Positions 10,689 to 21,550 of a DNA stretch of 64,000 nt are shown piece after piece (the stretch's first letter is position 1; every line of letters starts with the position of its first letter). Source of the stretch: an uncultured Poribacteria bacterium (GTDB taxonomy: Bacteria > Poribacteria > WGA-4E > WGA-3G); contig CATQHZ020000001.1 in NCBI GenBank assembly GCA_958296135.2, forward strand, positions 1,856,001 to 1,920,000, in the 5' to 3' direction. The position numbers were made by a program, and so were the translations under genes. The notes under the pieces are model-generated. The model made no database searches. It saw nothing but the letters and a program-made list of their open reading frames with translations, and was not told the DNA's origin.

Positions 10689-11096
10689 ATGCCACAACAC
10701 TCTAACTACGACAACCTACAAACAGATATCCGTCAACTGAAAACGCCGCCGATTGAGACATGGGAGAACCAATATCCTCATCGCGATTACACAATTGAGA
10801 TGACTCACCTAGAGTTCACTGCTGTCTGCCCCAAAACGGGATTACCTGATTTTGCGACGCTACGCATTACCTACGTGCCAGACAGGCACTGCGTTGAGCT
10901 CAAATCGTTGAAGGAATATCTGCTTTTCTATCGGGATGTCGGCATCTTTCATGAGCATGTCGTCAATAAGGTGCTTGAGGATGTCGTCGCGGCATGTCAG
11001 CCGAGGCGGGTGGAAGTGGTCGGCGATTTTAATGTCCGTGGCGGGATCCAAACGATTGTCAGCGCGCGTTATGAAAAAAATCCGCAAGGGACGTAG
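10689..11096 (+). CDS. queF: preQ0 (7-cyano-7-deazaguanine) reductase QueF, short type
   Basis: EFTAVCPKTGLPDFA, VELKSLK, IFHE, FNVRGGI. Confidence 0.95.
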   Translation: MPQHSNYDNLQTDIRQLKTPPIETWENQYPHRDYTIEMTHLEFTAVCPKTGLPDFATLRITYVPDRHCVELKSLKEYLLFYRDVGIFHEHVVNKVLEDVVAACQPRRVEVVGDFNVRGGIQTIVSARYEKNPQGT

Positions 11097-11243
11097 CGCG
11101 AGGGGCCTGGTCTTCGCCAGGCTTGAATTGAGGGCTCGCGAGGGGAACCCTCGGCGATTAGCGATCGCCGGGTTTTCCCTCGCGCTACGGAACACGGGAG
11201 GTGCCGGTCGGGCGATCGCGAGGGACAGGCCCTCGCGCTACGG
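11093..11243. repeat. Cluster of REP-like palindromes (BIME-like) between convergent genes
   Basis: gtagcgcgagggg..., a 53-nt element at 11136-11188 (51/53 identical to 41407-41459), and cgcgagggacaggccctcgcgctac. Confidence 0.8.
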
Positions 11244-11277
11244 AACACGGGGCATCCTACGGGCCACGGGACGTTTC

Positions 11278-12306
11278 TTACGCAATCGGCACGGAGCGGC
11301 CTATCCTCGCCGATTCGTAGAGCGCGTCGAAGATTTTCGCTACGTTCAGCACCTCTTCCGCTGGCACTGGTGACGATAACCCCTCGCGAATTGCGGTGTG
11401 GAACGATTTAAATTCACCCGGCAATCCTTTGAGGAGTTCAGGTGTGTAATTCACCATATCGTCTTTCTCGTCAAGGTAGATTTGGAGCGGTTCGTAAGTC
11501 GCGCCCGCCAGCTCTCCCATGAAGAAAGTGCCGCCGATGTTCTCAATATGCGATGCCCACGCTGTCTCTAACGTCACGGTGAGCCCGCCTTCAAAGCGGA
11601 TAGTTCCCATCGCGAAATCTTCCACTTCAAATTGCGCAGGATCCCATTTGCCCCACGGGTTGATAACATCGGCGCGATGTCCGAACTTCTTGGCTGTCAT
11701 GCCAAACGCTTCAACGGGTTTCGGGCAGCCTATCATCCAGAGCAGCACATCAAGGATATGCACGCCGATGTCAATGAGCGGTCCGCCGCCAGCAATCGCT
11801 TTGCTCAGGAACGATGGCGATGCCGGGACACCGCGTCGCCGCATCGCCATCGCGCGGGCGTAGTAGATGTCGCCGAAGAAGCCTTCATCGTAGAGTTTGC
11901 GCAATGTGCGGGATTCAGCGCGGAAGCGGGATTGCAATCCGATCTGGAGCACTTTACCGCTTGCTTTCTGTGCGTCTACCATCGATTGGCCATCAATAGC
12001 GTTACCCGCAATAGGCTTTTCGCAAAGCACGTGTTTGCCAGCGTTGAGTGCGGCGATAGTCGGACCGGCGTGGAAATTGTTCGGCGTGCAGACGCTCACC
12101 GCATCAAGTTCGTCCATCTCAACCAGTTTCTCGTAATCGGTGAAGACATGCGGGATCTCATGCCTTTTGGCGAATGCCTTCGCGCGCGTCTCGTCAATGT
12201 CGCAGGCGGCGATGATCGAAACGCCTTTGACGCTTTGATGACCGGGGAGGTGTTTGCCGCCCGCGATGCCCCCGCAACCGATAATACCGACTTTAATTTC
12301 TTTCAT
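11278..12306 (-). CDS. Gfo/Idh/MocA oxidoreductase
   Basis: VGIIGCGGIA, VCTPNNFH, HVLCEKP, GGGPLIDIGVH. Confidence 0.93.
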   Translation of the reverse strand: MKEIKVGIIGCGGIAGGKHLPGHQSVKGVSIIAACDIDETRAKAFAKRHEIPHVFTDYEKLVEMDELDAVSVCTPNNFHAGPTIAALNAGKHVLCEKPIAGNAIDGQSMVDAQKASGKVLQIGLQSRFRAESRTLRKLYDEGFFGDIYYARAMAMRRRGVPASPSFLSKAIAGGGPLIDIGVHILDVLLWMIGCPKPVEAFGMTAKKFGHRADVINPWGKWDPAQFEVEDFAMGTIRFEGGLTVTLETAWASHIENIGGTFFMGELAGATYEPLQIYLDEKDDMVNYTPELLKGLPGEFKSFHTAIREGLSSPVPAEEVLNVAKIFDALYESARIGRSVPIA

Positions 12307-12413
12307 ATTTTCTCCTTTGTGAATGCATCGGATGCCGGTAGGCGTGCCCTCCAAGCGCGCAGGTGCTATGATGTGCGCGGTTGAAAACCGCTCCTACCGG
12401 GGTTGTTTTGCTC

Positions 12414-13262
12414 TCATTGGAAGACAACTTGCGGAGCCTGTTCCAACCTCAACTGATGCGCCGCCGCCCACTCTGTGCCAGCCCAATGCACACCGTTCGG
12501 GTCGCGGCGGCCCTGCGTATCTTCTGCAGCACCGAGAAACTGCCTACCCAGGTCATTGAGTCGAGAGACGATGGACGCGTCAGGCTGCGGCGTATTATTG
12601 TAATATCGCAGATAATAGTCGGGCTTTACCCAGCGATAATGGTAGCCGTAGATGACAACCTTGGACACGTTCGCGGTGAAATTCAATCCGGCGGCGTGAT
12701 AGATACGGCTTTCAAAGAGGAACGCATCTCCTGCGCGAAGGAGCGGTTCGTCATACTTCGGCGGATCGACTTCGCCTGCAGCGATGCGCAACGGTTCACC
12801 GAGGGTATGACTTTTCCGCACAAACCACGTTGCGCCGGAATTCGGCACGCTGAAATCGGTGAGGCAGTATCCTACCTTCAACCCGACGCGCGGACAGCCT
12901 TCGTGCCCGACATCTAAATGCACGCCAACATCCCGGTGCCAATTGCGGTTTTCAGGCTTCTCCGGGGGCTGTGGGTGTTTATAGATGAGCGCGGTGTTCG
13001 TGATATGGATATTTGTGCCGAGCAGTTGCAGAATGAGCGGCACCGCCTTTGACTGTGTAGTAAGAGCGACGAAGGCGGGTTCTTGCACCAATCCATCGCG
13101 CCGATGCGCGTAGTAGCCGTGGTATTCAAACGCCTCCATGAGCCGGTCACCGGTTTCGGTTAGGCAGCGAATCATCTCGTCATCAATCGCCTCGCGCACG
13201 ATGAGGTAGCCGTTCTCATCAAATTCTTGGCGTTGCGCTGCCGCTAGTTGAACAAATTCCAT
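12414..13262 (-). CDS. PhyH-family dioxygenase
   Basis: FDENGYLIV, WHRDV, GATWFV..SH, AGDAFLF..IYHA; RBS GAGAGGA before ATG 13262. Confidence 0.9.
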   Translation of the reverse strand: MEFVQLAAAQRQEFDENGYLIVREAIDDEMIRCLTETGDRLMEAFEYHGYYAHRRDGLVQEPAFVALTTQSKAVPLILQLLGTNIHITNTALIYKHPQPPEKPENRNWHRDVGVHLDVGHEGCPRVGLKVGYCLTDFSVPNSGATWFVRKSHTLGEPLRIAAGEVDPPKYDEPLLRAGDAFLFESRIYHAAGLNFTANVSKVVIYGYHYRWVKPDYYLRYYNNTPQPDASIVSRLNDLGRQFLGAAEDTQGRRDPNGVHWAGTEWAAAHQLRLEQAPQVVFQ

Positions 13263-13347
13263 GAGTCCTCTCCTCAATTTGATAAACGCGTGGAAATATG
13301 TTATCATAAATGCAAATTGATGTCCACCGTTAATTGCGGATAAAAAA

Positions 13348-14514
13348 ATGCGAACGACGTTTATTGGTTTCTTTTTCACCTATCTCTTATTCGTGTCGGA
13401 ACCGGGGAGTCCCTCCTACTGCGACGATGTGAGCGAGGCACAACGCGCTTATCAGGCAGGAATGCAGGCACGCTCCTCAGCGGAGGCTTTTGCCGAATTT
13501 CAGCGCGCGATAGCACTTGAACCATCGTCCGCGGCGGCACACTACCAACTCGGTCTGCTCTATGGACAACAATCGCAGTGGAGCCCGGCGGTTCAAGCGT
13601 TCCAAACTGCTATCCAGTTCGATGCGGATTTCGCCGATGCGCACTGCCGCCTCGGTGAAGCATACCTAATCGGACTGGCGCAGGCAAAAGCTGCAATACC
13701 ACCGCTGAAACGCGCCTTGCAGGTGCAGCCAGATCTGGAACGAGCGCGAAGACTGCTCGGCACCGCCTACCTCCGTCAAAACCGAATTGATGACGCTATC
13801 CAGCACTTGAAGCAGGCATCGGATACAGAAGCGCGGTATCTGCTCGGGCTCGCCTATTTCCAAAAAGGCGCATTTGCACAAGCAATTCCGCACTTTGAAG
13901 CGGTGATTCAACGCGAGAAACGGCACGCGAAAGGACACTTTAATCTTGGGAACTGTTATCTGCGCACCGGCGAAGTCACAAAAGGTCGGAACGCCTTGCG
14001 CACTTTTGAGAAACTGACACAAGAAGAGGAGCAACTCGCCAGCCTTCGTCGGGCAATTCTGGATAGTCCACAACGGTTGGATTTCCGCTATCAACTCGCC
14101 GAGCTCCTCATCAAAAGAGAGGCATGGGATGCCGCTATCGTGGAACTCAAGGCGTGCGTCGCTATCGCGCCGCGCGATGAGAAGGGATATGAACGGCTCG
14201 GCTATATCTATCTGCAAACCGAAACTTACGCTGAAGCGCGTGAAGTATACGGACATCTCGTTGAAACGCGCCCAGACAGCGCGGTGTATCGGAACAGCCT
14301 CGGCGTTGTCTATATGATGCTAGAGAAACCGCGGCAGGCGGTTGTGCAGTTTGAAACAGCTGCGCGCCTTGCTCAGAATAATCCACAAGTTTACCGAAAT
14401 CTGGCGAACGCTTATCGCCACATCGGCGAGCAGGAGAAAGCAGCGCAGGCTTATCAACGCTATCGCGCCGCGGTCTCCCGGTCGCGAAATGAGACACATC
14501 GTGAGCAAAAGTAG
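13348..14514 (+). CDS. Secreted TPR-repeat protein
   Basis: Signal-like N-terminus; repeated AHYQLG, HFNLGNCY, YRNSLG, YRNLANAY TPR units. Confidence 0.88.
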   Translation: MRTTFIGFFFTYLLFVSEPGSPSYCDDVSEAQRAYQAGMQARSSAEAFAEFQRAIALEPSSAAAHYQLGLLYGQQSQWSPAVQAFQTAIQFDADFADAHCRLGEAYLIGLAQAKAAIPPLKRALQVQPDLERARRLLGTAYLRQNRIDDAIQHLKQASDTEARYLLGLAYFQKGAFAQAIPHFEAVIQREKRHAKGHFNLGNCYLRTGEVTKGRNALRTFEKLTQEEEQLASLRRAILDSPQRLDFRYQLAELLIKREAWDAAIVELKACVAIAPRDEKGYERLGYIYLQTETYAEAREVYGHLVETRPDSAVYRNSLGVVYMMLEKPRQAVVQFETAARLAQNNPQVYRNLANAYRHIGEQEKAAQAYQRYRAAVSRSRNETHREQK

Positions 14515-16048
14515 ACGCGTCCTCCCGATTGCGAGAGACTCCGCCGACGTATGCGTTATCGGTTCAGGAGCGGGCGGCGCGGTTGTCGCCAAAGAGCTCG
14601 CCGAAGCTGGGCTCTCTGTCGTCATTTTAGAGGCAGGCGAACCTCATGAACCGAGCACCTTCACCGAATATGAACCCGACATGTTGCGTCGCCTTTTCTG
14701 GGATAGCGGCTTACGGCGGACGCGCGACGGTGCTATTATTATCTCGCAAGGTAGAAGTGTCGGCGGTTCGACGGTGCATAATCTTTGTTACGCAGTGAGG
14801 CCGCCGCAGCCGTTATTGGACAGATGGGGACTGCCAGATATCTCTTCTGCATTAGTACGCGTTGAGCAGACGCTTAACGTTAGGCAGGCCGAGGAATCTG
14901 AAGTGAACCCCCTCAACGCTGTCATCCGCCGCGGTTGCGAGGCGATGGGGTGGCGCGGTACTGTGCAACGGCATAATCGCGGCGTGTGCGCGGCGTGCGG
15001 CGCGAGGTGTCTCTTTGGATGCCCAAATTCCACAGCAGGCATCGGCAAACAGAGCATGGCTGTCACCTATATCCCGTTGGCACTTGCAGCTGGCGCGCGA
15101 CTTTATAGTAACTGCCTCGCGGAAGCGGTGCTGGTTGAAAAGGGCAAAACGGTCGGCGTTTCAGCGAACTTACCCTCGGGCCAACTGACTATCCGAAGCA
15201 AGGTGGTTGTTTTAGCCGCCGGAGCGATTAATTCTCCGCAGCTCTGGTTAAAAAGTCGTTTGCCGAATCCAAACGGACAGGTTGGACAAAACCTGCATCT
15301 GCATCCCGCTGTGTTTGTCGGCGGCATTTTTGATGAGATTATTGATGGACACTTCGGCATCCCGCAAAGTTATTATATTGATGAGTTTCTGGATTTGGGA
15401 GACACCCCGGCCGTTGGGAAAACGGGTGAATATAGAAATCCCCCCGGACACTCCGCGCAAGAGTTGGACAGCGGATACCTCCTTATGCCGGCATTTGGCT
15501 CACAGATGATAGTCGCGGCGAGTCTACCGGGGTTTGGCAAAAACCATCGCGAATTGATGGAACGCTACCGCCACATCGCCGCGCTCCTCGTCCTTTTGCA
15601 CGATAGGACAGCGGGGCGCGTGTCCCTCAATCGGGATGGCACGCCGCGCATTACGTATCGTTTGAGCCGCGAGGATAAAGCGGTATTGGTTGAAGGCGCA
15701 ATCAACGCCGCGCGCCTGCTGTTCGCCGCAGGTGCAAGGGACATCCTGATGCCCTACACACAACGCGTGCGTATCCAAACGGAGGCAGACTTGGAAATCA
15801 TTCGCCGGCGCGGTGTTGTGCCAAACGATGTGATGCTGGCATCGAGTCATCCGCAAGGCACCCTCCGCATGGGTGCGGACGCGGCGACTTCTGTCGTCAC
15901 TCTTTCCGGAGAAGCGCGGCCTGTCCGGAACCTCTTTGTCGCCGATGCGAGTCTGTTTCCGGCTTCGATTGGCGTGCCGCCCACGCTGACTATCGCCGCC
16001 CTAGCAGACTATGTCGCGCGACAGATTATCGCGAAGGTGTCGTCATGA
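14489..16048 (+). CDS. GMC-family FAD oxidoreductase
   Basis: DVCVIGSGAGG, GRSVGGSTVHN, C..C..GC, SSHPQGT.RMG, GVPPTLTI. Confidence 0.92.
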   Translation: MRHIVSKSRRVLPIARDSADVCVIGSGAGGAVVAKELAEAGLSVVILEAGEPHEPSTFTEYEPDMLRRLFWDSGLRRTRDGAIIISQGRSVGGSTVHNLCYAVRPPQPLLDRWGLPDISSALVRVEQTLNVRQAEESEVNPLNAVIRRGCEAMGWRGTVQRHNRGVCAACGARCLFGCPNSTAGIGKQSMAVTYIPLALAAGARLYSNCLAEAVLVEKGKTVGVSANLPSGQLTIRSKVVVLAAGAINSPQLWLKSRLPNPNGQVGQNLHLHPAVFVGGIFDEIIDGHFGIPQSYYIDEFLDLGDTPAVGKTGEYRNPPGHSAQELDSGYLLMPAFGSQMIVAASLPGFGKNHRELMERYRHIAALLVLLHDRTAGRVSLNRDGTPRITYRLSREDKAVLVEGAINAARLLFAAGARDILMPYTQRVRIQTEADLEIIRRRGVVPNDVMLASSHPQGTLRMGADAATSVVTLSGEARPVRNLFVADASLFPASIGVPPTLTIAALADYVARQIIAKVSS

Positions 16049-17148
16049 TTCACTCGCTTCCACACCTCTCTCTCGGAAACTTTCCAACCCCGGTGCATCG
16101 CCTATCGAACCTAGGGCGCGCCATCGGCATTGACTCACTCTGGATAAAACGCGATGACCTGGGCGGACTGCTAGGCGGCGGCAACAAGGTGCGAAAATTG
16201 GAATACCTGTTCGCGGACGCGCAGAAATCGCGCCCGGGAGATAGTTCCTACCCAACTCTCTTCACAATCGGTCCCACCGGTTCCAATCACGTTCGCGCGA
16301 CAGCAGTTTACGGAAAAGCGGCAGGTTTCCGCGTCGAGTGCCTGCTTTTCCGACAGCCGCCCACCGAATATTCTGAATTGAACTATGAGACAATCTGTGA
16401 ATACGCGGCGGAGATTCAGGAAGTCACGCGCGTAAGCACCCTTTTTGCCCGTTATGCATACCAAAAGACGAAGCACGCCTTTGGCATCGGACCGGAACGT
16501 TATTTCATCACCGCGGGCGGTTCGTCACCGCTCGGTTCTGTCGGATACGTGACAGCTGTCACGGAACTCAAAACGCAGATCGATGAGGGCCTTCTGCCAG
16601 AACCGCGGTTTATCTTCGTTCCTGTTGGCACTTGTGGCACGATGGCGGGCTTGATGGCAGGCGTGCGGCTCGCGGGGTTGCGAAGTCAAGTCGTCGGTAT
16701 CCGCGTATCCGACTGGATAATAGCAAACGCGTGGGCGGTATCCCGAATGGAGCGGCGTATCCTGCGTCTTCTAAGTGCGACAGATGGTGGATTGATGAAC
16801 CCGCGTCCGGTTGAGCTCTGGCATCACGATTTCGGCAAAGGCTACGCCATTCCTACGGAGGCAGGCACGCGCGCCGTAGAAATGATGATGGAACACGAAG
16901 GCATCCTCCTCGAAAATACCTATACCGGCAAGACGTTGGCGGGGCTGGTTCACTATGTGCAGACGCACGGTTGCGAAGATGAACCGGTGCTGTTTTGGCA
17001 TACATACGGCGGAGGTGCTACTTTCCTCCAGCATACCCCTCCCCAATCGCTTCATTCACCGCCACCTGCCAACTATTTTCAAACAGCATCCGAAACGACA
17101 TCGCCGCATCATTCGGACCGGCGGCGTTCATCATGCCATACGAACTAG
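16045..17148 (+). CDS. PLP-dependent D-cysteine desulfhydrase/ACC deaminase family enzyme; C-terminus overlaps res
   Basis: FPTPV, WIKRDD, GGNKVRKLEY, SNH, GTCGT.AGL, ENTYTGK, FWHT. Confidence 0.9.
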   Translation: MIHSLPHLSLGNFPTPVHRLSNLGRAIGIDSLWIKRDDLGGLLGGGNKVRKLEYLFADAQKSRPGDSSYPTLFTIGPTGSNHVRATAVYGKAAGFRVECLLFRQPPTEYSELNYETICEYAAEIQEVTRVSTLFARYAYQKTKHAFGIGPERYFITAGGSSPLGSVGYVTAVTELKTQIDEGLLPEPRFIFVPVGTCGTMAGLMAGVRLAGLRSQVVGIRVSDWIIANAWAVSRMERRILRLLSATDGGLMNPRPVELWHHDFGKGYAIPTEAGTRAVEMMMEHEGILLENTYTGKTLAGLVHYVQTHGCEDEPVLFWHTYGGGATFLQHTPPQSLHSPPPANYFQTASETTSPHHSDRRRSSCHTN

Positions 17149-19672
17149 CGTTCCCATACGCCGCCTCTAACGTCTCAATCAACTGCTGCTTGTAAGTCGT
17201 GTCGCTGTTGCCTTCAAGCTGCTGTCCTTTGGTTTCAAAAATTAGTAACCGCTGCGGCTGATTTTTTCGTCCCTGCAGACAGGCGATAAAATCGGGATAC
17301 ACCCGGTCGCGCCGCCAACCCTGCAGGAAATATCCTCGCTTCGCGGCGATACGATGCCACCACTGAATCGCCTCTCTTTCATCAAGATAAAGCGCGAAAT
17401 CTTTCTCTAAATTGTTGAATTCCGCTTCATATACCTGCTCAAATAGGTTCAGCTGCAACGCATCGCCATGCTGACGCACAAGCGTCCTTGACTCACCAGA
17501 TAGGCTAACCTCCAGCGTCCTCTCCAATTCGTAGTTCAGCGCGACATCCGTCTCAAGTCGAAACTGAATTTTGTTAGCCGCCAATTTCTCACGGAAGATG
17601 GATTCAGACAGCTTCTCAATACGTTCGCGCAGGCGGAGTTTCAACACCTCCGAGAGATAAAGCCGATTCTGAAACAGCACTTCTTCGGTTGTGCCTTGCT
17701 CGCGATAGCAGTTGAGTGTCGCTTTGACGATGCGCGCCGATTGCCACGGGTTCGGCACGACATCGGCTAAACGCCGGACGAAAAAGGCGAGCTCCAAGCC
17801 TTCGGCCGCGCCTGCTTGCCGCGCTTTTTCAATCACTGCCTCGTCTTGCAGATGGATAGTAGCGCGAATCTCCTGAAAGAGTTCCTGAGATTCCAAATCC
17901 ACCGGCTCCACGGCACCGAGTTGGTGCCATGCAATCGCGCTTAAAATGTCGCGTTCATAATCAAGGGCTCTCCAATTGCGTCCCTCCTTATGCAACACGC
18001 GCGGCAGGAAGATGTCCACCTCACGGTATTCTTGTCTGCGCTGAATCGTTTTTTGGACGCGCACCGTCGCCGGACTCTCAACGTAATCGGCAAGTCCGGT
18101 TAAGCCTTCTGCCTCTAAACCCTTCTTGACGTTGCTGACTGCATCGCCGACTTTCTGATTGAAGCAGTAGATATAGCAACTATCCAGTTTCGCGACGTTC
18201 GTGGCGCGGGCGTGCGGTTGCCGCATCACCCTCCCCATGAGCTGCGTCATCGCCGTTTTTGCTGTCGTGTTATCCAAAAGTGCCAACAGGTAAGCAAATG
18301 GACAATCCCATCCCTCCTTCAGCGCATCCTTCGTGATAATGTAGCGCACAGGACAAAACGGACTGAGCAGCTCGAGCCCGGCGAGTTCGTCTTGCGCCGA
18401 CGATTTCACCTTAATCTGCTCTGCCGGAACACCAAGCGCATTGATGAGTTCCTCACGTGCATCTTCCGCATGCACCCGAATACCGTCGCGCTGGGTTTTG
18501 CCCGTCCTATCTACCCGAATCACCGCGATGGGACGGATATAACGGGCATCGGTTGTCTGAAACTGCTTTGCCGCTTCCTCAAGTGCATCGCGCTCCGCCT
18601 TCGCCTGCGTGAGTGTATACTTCCAATCCGAATCTGGGAAATTCCGCAGGTGGATGGGGAGTTTAATCATCTCCTCTTCCTTAAGCGCAACCCCAGAAAC
18701 GTTGACGAGGATGTTGCTAATACCGAGCTGCGGCGTGGCAGAAAGTTCCAGCACAAAGCGCGGGTTGAGGCGATTCACGGCCTTCACAAATTCTTGGTTT
18801 TCCTCCGCCTTTTTTCTTCCATAAGCCTTATGCGCCTCGTCTAAGATTACCGTCGGACGCAGCAATTTTAACACATTGAAGAGGCTCTGCTTAATCTGCC
18901 GGTCAGCAGGATTGGCGGCGAGTATCCCACGAAGCTGAACCGAGCTCCCAGAAGAATCGGGACCGGAAGCCCCGTCTACTGTCTCCAGGTCTGGGTGTTC
19001 TTCTGATAATGCCAGATGCTCCCGAACATCGTCTTCGATCGGAAAGAACGACGCGTAGCCGTTGCTATCGCGGAACATTTTGAGGAATTCCTTATTCCGA
19101 TTTCGGTTTGTGGCAGGGAGCATGAGAAGCATGACACAGAGGAAGTCCTCAACATGCTGCTTCGTAAACTTGTCGTCTTTTTGGAGCAACTTGACGCGCC
19201 CACCCGATGCCCTATCTAGGCTCTGCCGATACGGATGCTCGCGGTTCCGGAAGGCATCCCATGTCTGTGCATAGATGGCTTTCGTCGGCACAAGCCATAG
19301 TAGAAATCCGCTGCCGAGTTTGAGGCGACGCACGGCTTCCACGCCGAGCAGCGTCTTTCCGCCACCTGTCGGCACTTTAAGGCAGACATGCGGAATCGGT
19401 GCACCGACGGCGGTTTCGCGCGGAACGTATTCGGGCACCTGGTCGGCGATACCCGGCAACATCCCTCTTTCCCGGAGGCTTTCCCACGCTTTGCGCGGAT
19501 AATCTTCGGCATCCGCCGCTAAGGCCGCTGCCTGCTCTTGCAAAACAGTCGGAAGCCCAGGGGCTGCTAAGGCTGCCGCGAGTTCCTCAGCCTTTTGACG
19601 CGCCTCCTTCAGTGCAGCTAAATAACGTTCCAGTGTGTCTAACGCTTGTTGTTGGTAGTCTTTGAGTTCCAT
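17018..19672 (-). CDS. res: Type III R-M Res subunit (SF2 helicase + PD-(D/E)xK nuclease)
   Basis: MELKDYQ, VPTGGGKT, ILDEAH, ELSATP, LKEGWD, QLMGRVMR, YPDFIA..IFETKG. Confidence 0.92.
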   Translation of the reverse strand: MELKDYQQQALDTLERYLAALKEARQKAEELAAALAAPGLPTVLQEQAAALAADAEDYPRKAWESLRERGMLPGIADQVPEYVPRETAVGAPIPHVCLKVPTGGGKTLLGVEAVRRLKLGSGFLLWLVPTKAIYAQTWDAFRNREHPYRQSLDRASGGRVKLLQKDDKFTKQHVEDFLCVMLLMLPATNRNRNKEFLKMFRDSNGYASFFPIEDDVREHLALSEEHPDLETVDGASGPDSSGSSVQLRGILAANPADRQIKQSLFNVLKLLRPTVILDEAHKAYGRKKAEENQEFVKAVNRLNPRFVLELSATPQLGISNILVNVSGVALKEEEMIKLPIHLRNFPDSDWKYTLTQAKAERDALEEAAKQFQTTDARYIRPIAVIRVDRTGKTQRDGIRVHAEDAREELINALGVPAEQIKVKSSAQDELAGLELLSPFCPVRYIITKDALKEGWDCPFAYLLALLDNTTAKTAMTQLMGRVMRQPHARATNVAKLDSCYIYCFNQKVGDAVSNVKKGLEAEGLTGLADYVESPATVRVQKTIQRRQEYREVDIFLPRVLHKEGRNWRALDYERDILSAIAWHQLGAVEPVDLESQELFQEIRATIHLQDEAVIEKARQAGAAEGLELAFFVRRLADVVPNPWQSARIVKATLNCYREQGTTEEVLFQNRLYLSEVLKLRLRERIEKLSESIFREKLAANKIQFRLETDVALNYELERTLEVSLSGESRTLVRQHGDALQLNLFEQVYEAEFNNLEKDFALYLDEREAIQWWHRIAAKRGYFLQGWRRDRVYPDFIACLQGRKNQPQRLLIFETKGQQLEGNSDTTYKQQLIETLEAAYGNASSYGMMNAAGPNDAAMSFRMLFENSWQVAVNEAIGEGYAGGK

Positions 19673-19736
19673 TCTCTCTTATTCCTGCGCAATTGCGGGC
19701 GGATACAGAAATCCGCCTACAAAGGTGGCTCGGGCA

Positions 19737-21493
19737 TTATCCATCTGTAACGGGATGCATGTTGTAGGGCAGTTGACAAAACGTAATGCCCATCGGAGTC
19801 AGGTCCTTCTGACTCATGAACTTATGCGCGCCCCAGACATACGCCTTCTTTCCCGCCGCTTTGCACTGCGCAGCGATTTGTGCCGCACGCGCACCATCTA
19901 ACGCAGCGGCGTTGCTCTCTAAAAAGGCGAGAGTCGGTTCATAGATGAGGTAGAAACGGAGGGTTTCGGTTTCCCCGAAAAAGAAGTCTTCTCGGCGCGC
20001 GACAGCGTCAAGCGAACTCCCTGTTGCGACATAGGCGATGTAGTTCGCCAAGGTCACGTAAGAAGGTAAGGTTTCGCCGGAGAGCATGCCTGCCTCATCG
20101 ATAGGTTCGCCGAGCTCGCAGTAGGTAAAAGAACCGCCGAATCCCTGCCGAAGCGTCGCGTCTCTAGCAGAAGCCACGCCGTTGATGACGCGTCGGACGC
20201 GTTCTGCAGTGATGTCATCGGCGTAGTCTTCACACTCAATGAGGATGAACTTACGATTGCCGCCGTCTTCTTTGTTGAGCGCGAGGACAGCATGCGCCGT
20301 GGTGCCACTGCCGGCGAAGGAATCAAGGATGATGTCGCCCGGGCCGGTTACCGCCTCAAAGAGCGGCTTTAACACCTCTTCATCTTTGGGGAACGGGAAA
20401 GGTTTGCCGAGTAGCGAACGTAATCGCTTTGTAGCGGCGCGGCCATCTTTATAGAAAACGCTGTAAGGTGTCTCGTATTCAGATTCTTTCAGGTAAACTT
20501 TAACGGTGAGAACAAACGTTTCATCTGCTCCAAACCGAATCCGATTATCCGCGATGAGGGCGTTCATTCGCTGTTCTGTATAAACCCAACCGCGCGAAGG
20601 AACAACGCAGTCCTCGCCTGTTATCGGATGGAGGACAGGATACCGTGCTCCGTTGCCGCCCGGTGCAGAGGCATCAGAGGCATGATAGAGTCCACGACTA
20701 TCCACATAACAGTAATGTCTGTGCCGCTTAGCTGAATGGCCATCGGGGAGCCCTTTAAACCATGCAGCCAATTCTCCTTCGATTTTCGGAAAGTCTTGCC
20801 CGTGTTTCCGCGCAAGTTCCGTGTGTTTTTTATAGATGTCTTCAAGGCCTTGCTTCCGAACGCGCCACGTAGTTCCCGATTGATTCAGGAATTCGTGGTT
20901 GTTGAGGTAGCACAAGATGTAATTGTGCGAATTGGAGAAAAGCCTTGCGTTGTTTTTCCGCCCGGCCGCCCAGACAAATTGCCCGACGAAGTTTCCATCG
21001 GGGAAAATCCGTCGCGCATCGAAAATCTCATCCATGATAGCACGGAGGAGATGCACCTCGTTATCGTCAATAGAGATGAAAATCACACCATCTTCGGAGA
21101 GCAACTCACGTAAGAGGTGCAAGCGCGGCCACATCATGCACAACCACTTATCGTGACGCTCTAAGTCTTCAACGTCAATCGGGCTGTTTGTCGTCAACCA
21201 CCGCTGCATTATCGGGCTAGTGACGTTATCGTTGTAAACCCAGCCTTCGTTGCCGGTGTTATAGGGCGGATCGATGTAGATGCACTTAATTTTCCCCGCA
21301 TATTTCGGGAGGAGTGCCTTGAGCGCGTGCAGATTATCGCCGTGAATGATGAGGTTCTCATCCAACGAGGGCTGGTTTACCCCCCCCCTTCAAATTTTAA
21401 GGATTTGGCTGCATCTACTTCCAGCGTGCGAAACGGCACGGTAAGGTGATGGGAATAGATAAATTGTTTGCCTCTGAAATCGAGTGTAGGCAT
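19737..21493 (-). CDS. mod: Type III R-M Mod, frameshifted at a G9 tract near the 5' end
   Basis: ATG 21493 gives MPTLDFRGKQFIYSHHLTVPFRTLEVDAAKSLKFEGGG* (TAA at 21377-21379); G10 would continue VNQPSLDENLIIHGDNL, then IDPPYNTG, FPKD, DSFAGSGTTAHA. Confidence 0.9.
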
Positions 21494-21540
21494 CCGGTTT
21501 TCCTAGTTTCGTCCTCGCTGTTATCCGCAACAGCGAGGAC
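21310..21540. repeat. Direct repeat copy A (mod 5' end + G9 + upstream hairpin)
   Basis: Matches 22169-22408 except for 2 substitutions and a 9-nt indel. Confidence 0.95.
21511..21540. promoter_or_regulatory. Perfect 12-bp inverted repeat upstream of mod (terminator or operator); second copy at 22379-22408
   Basis: gtcctcgctgtt-atccgc-aacagcgaggac. Confidence 0.6.
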
Positions 21541-21550
21541 AAGTTGGATC

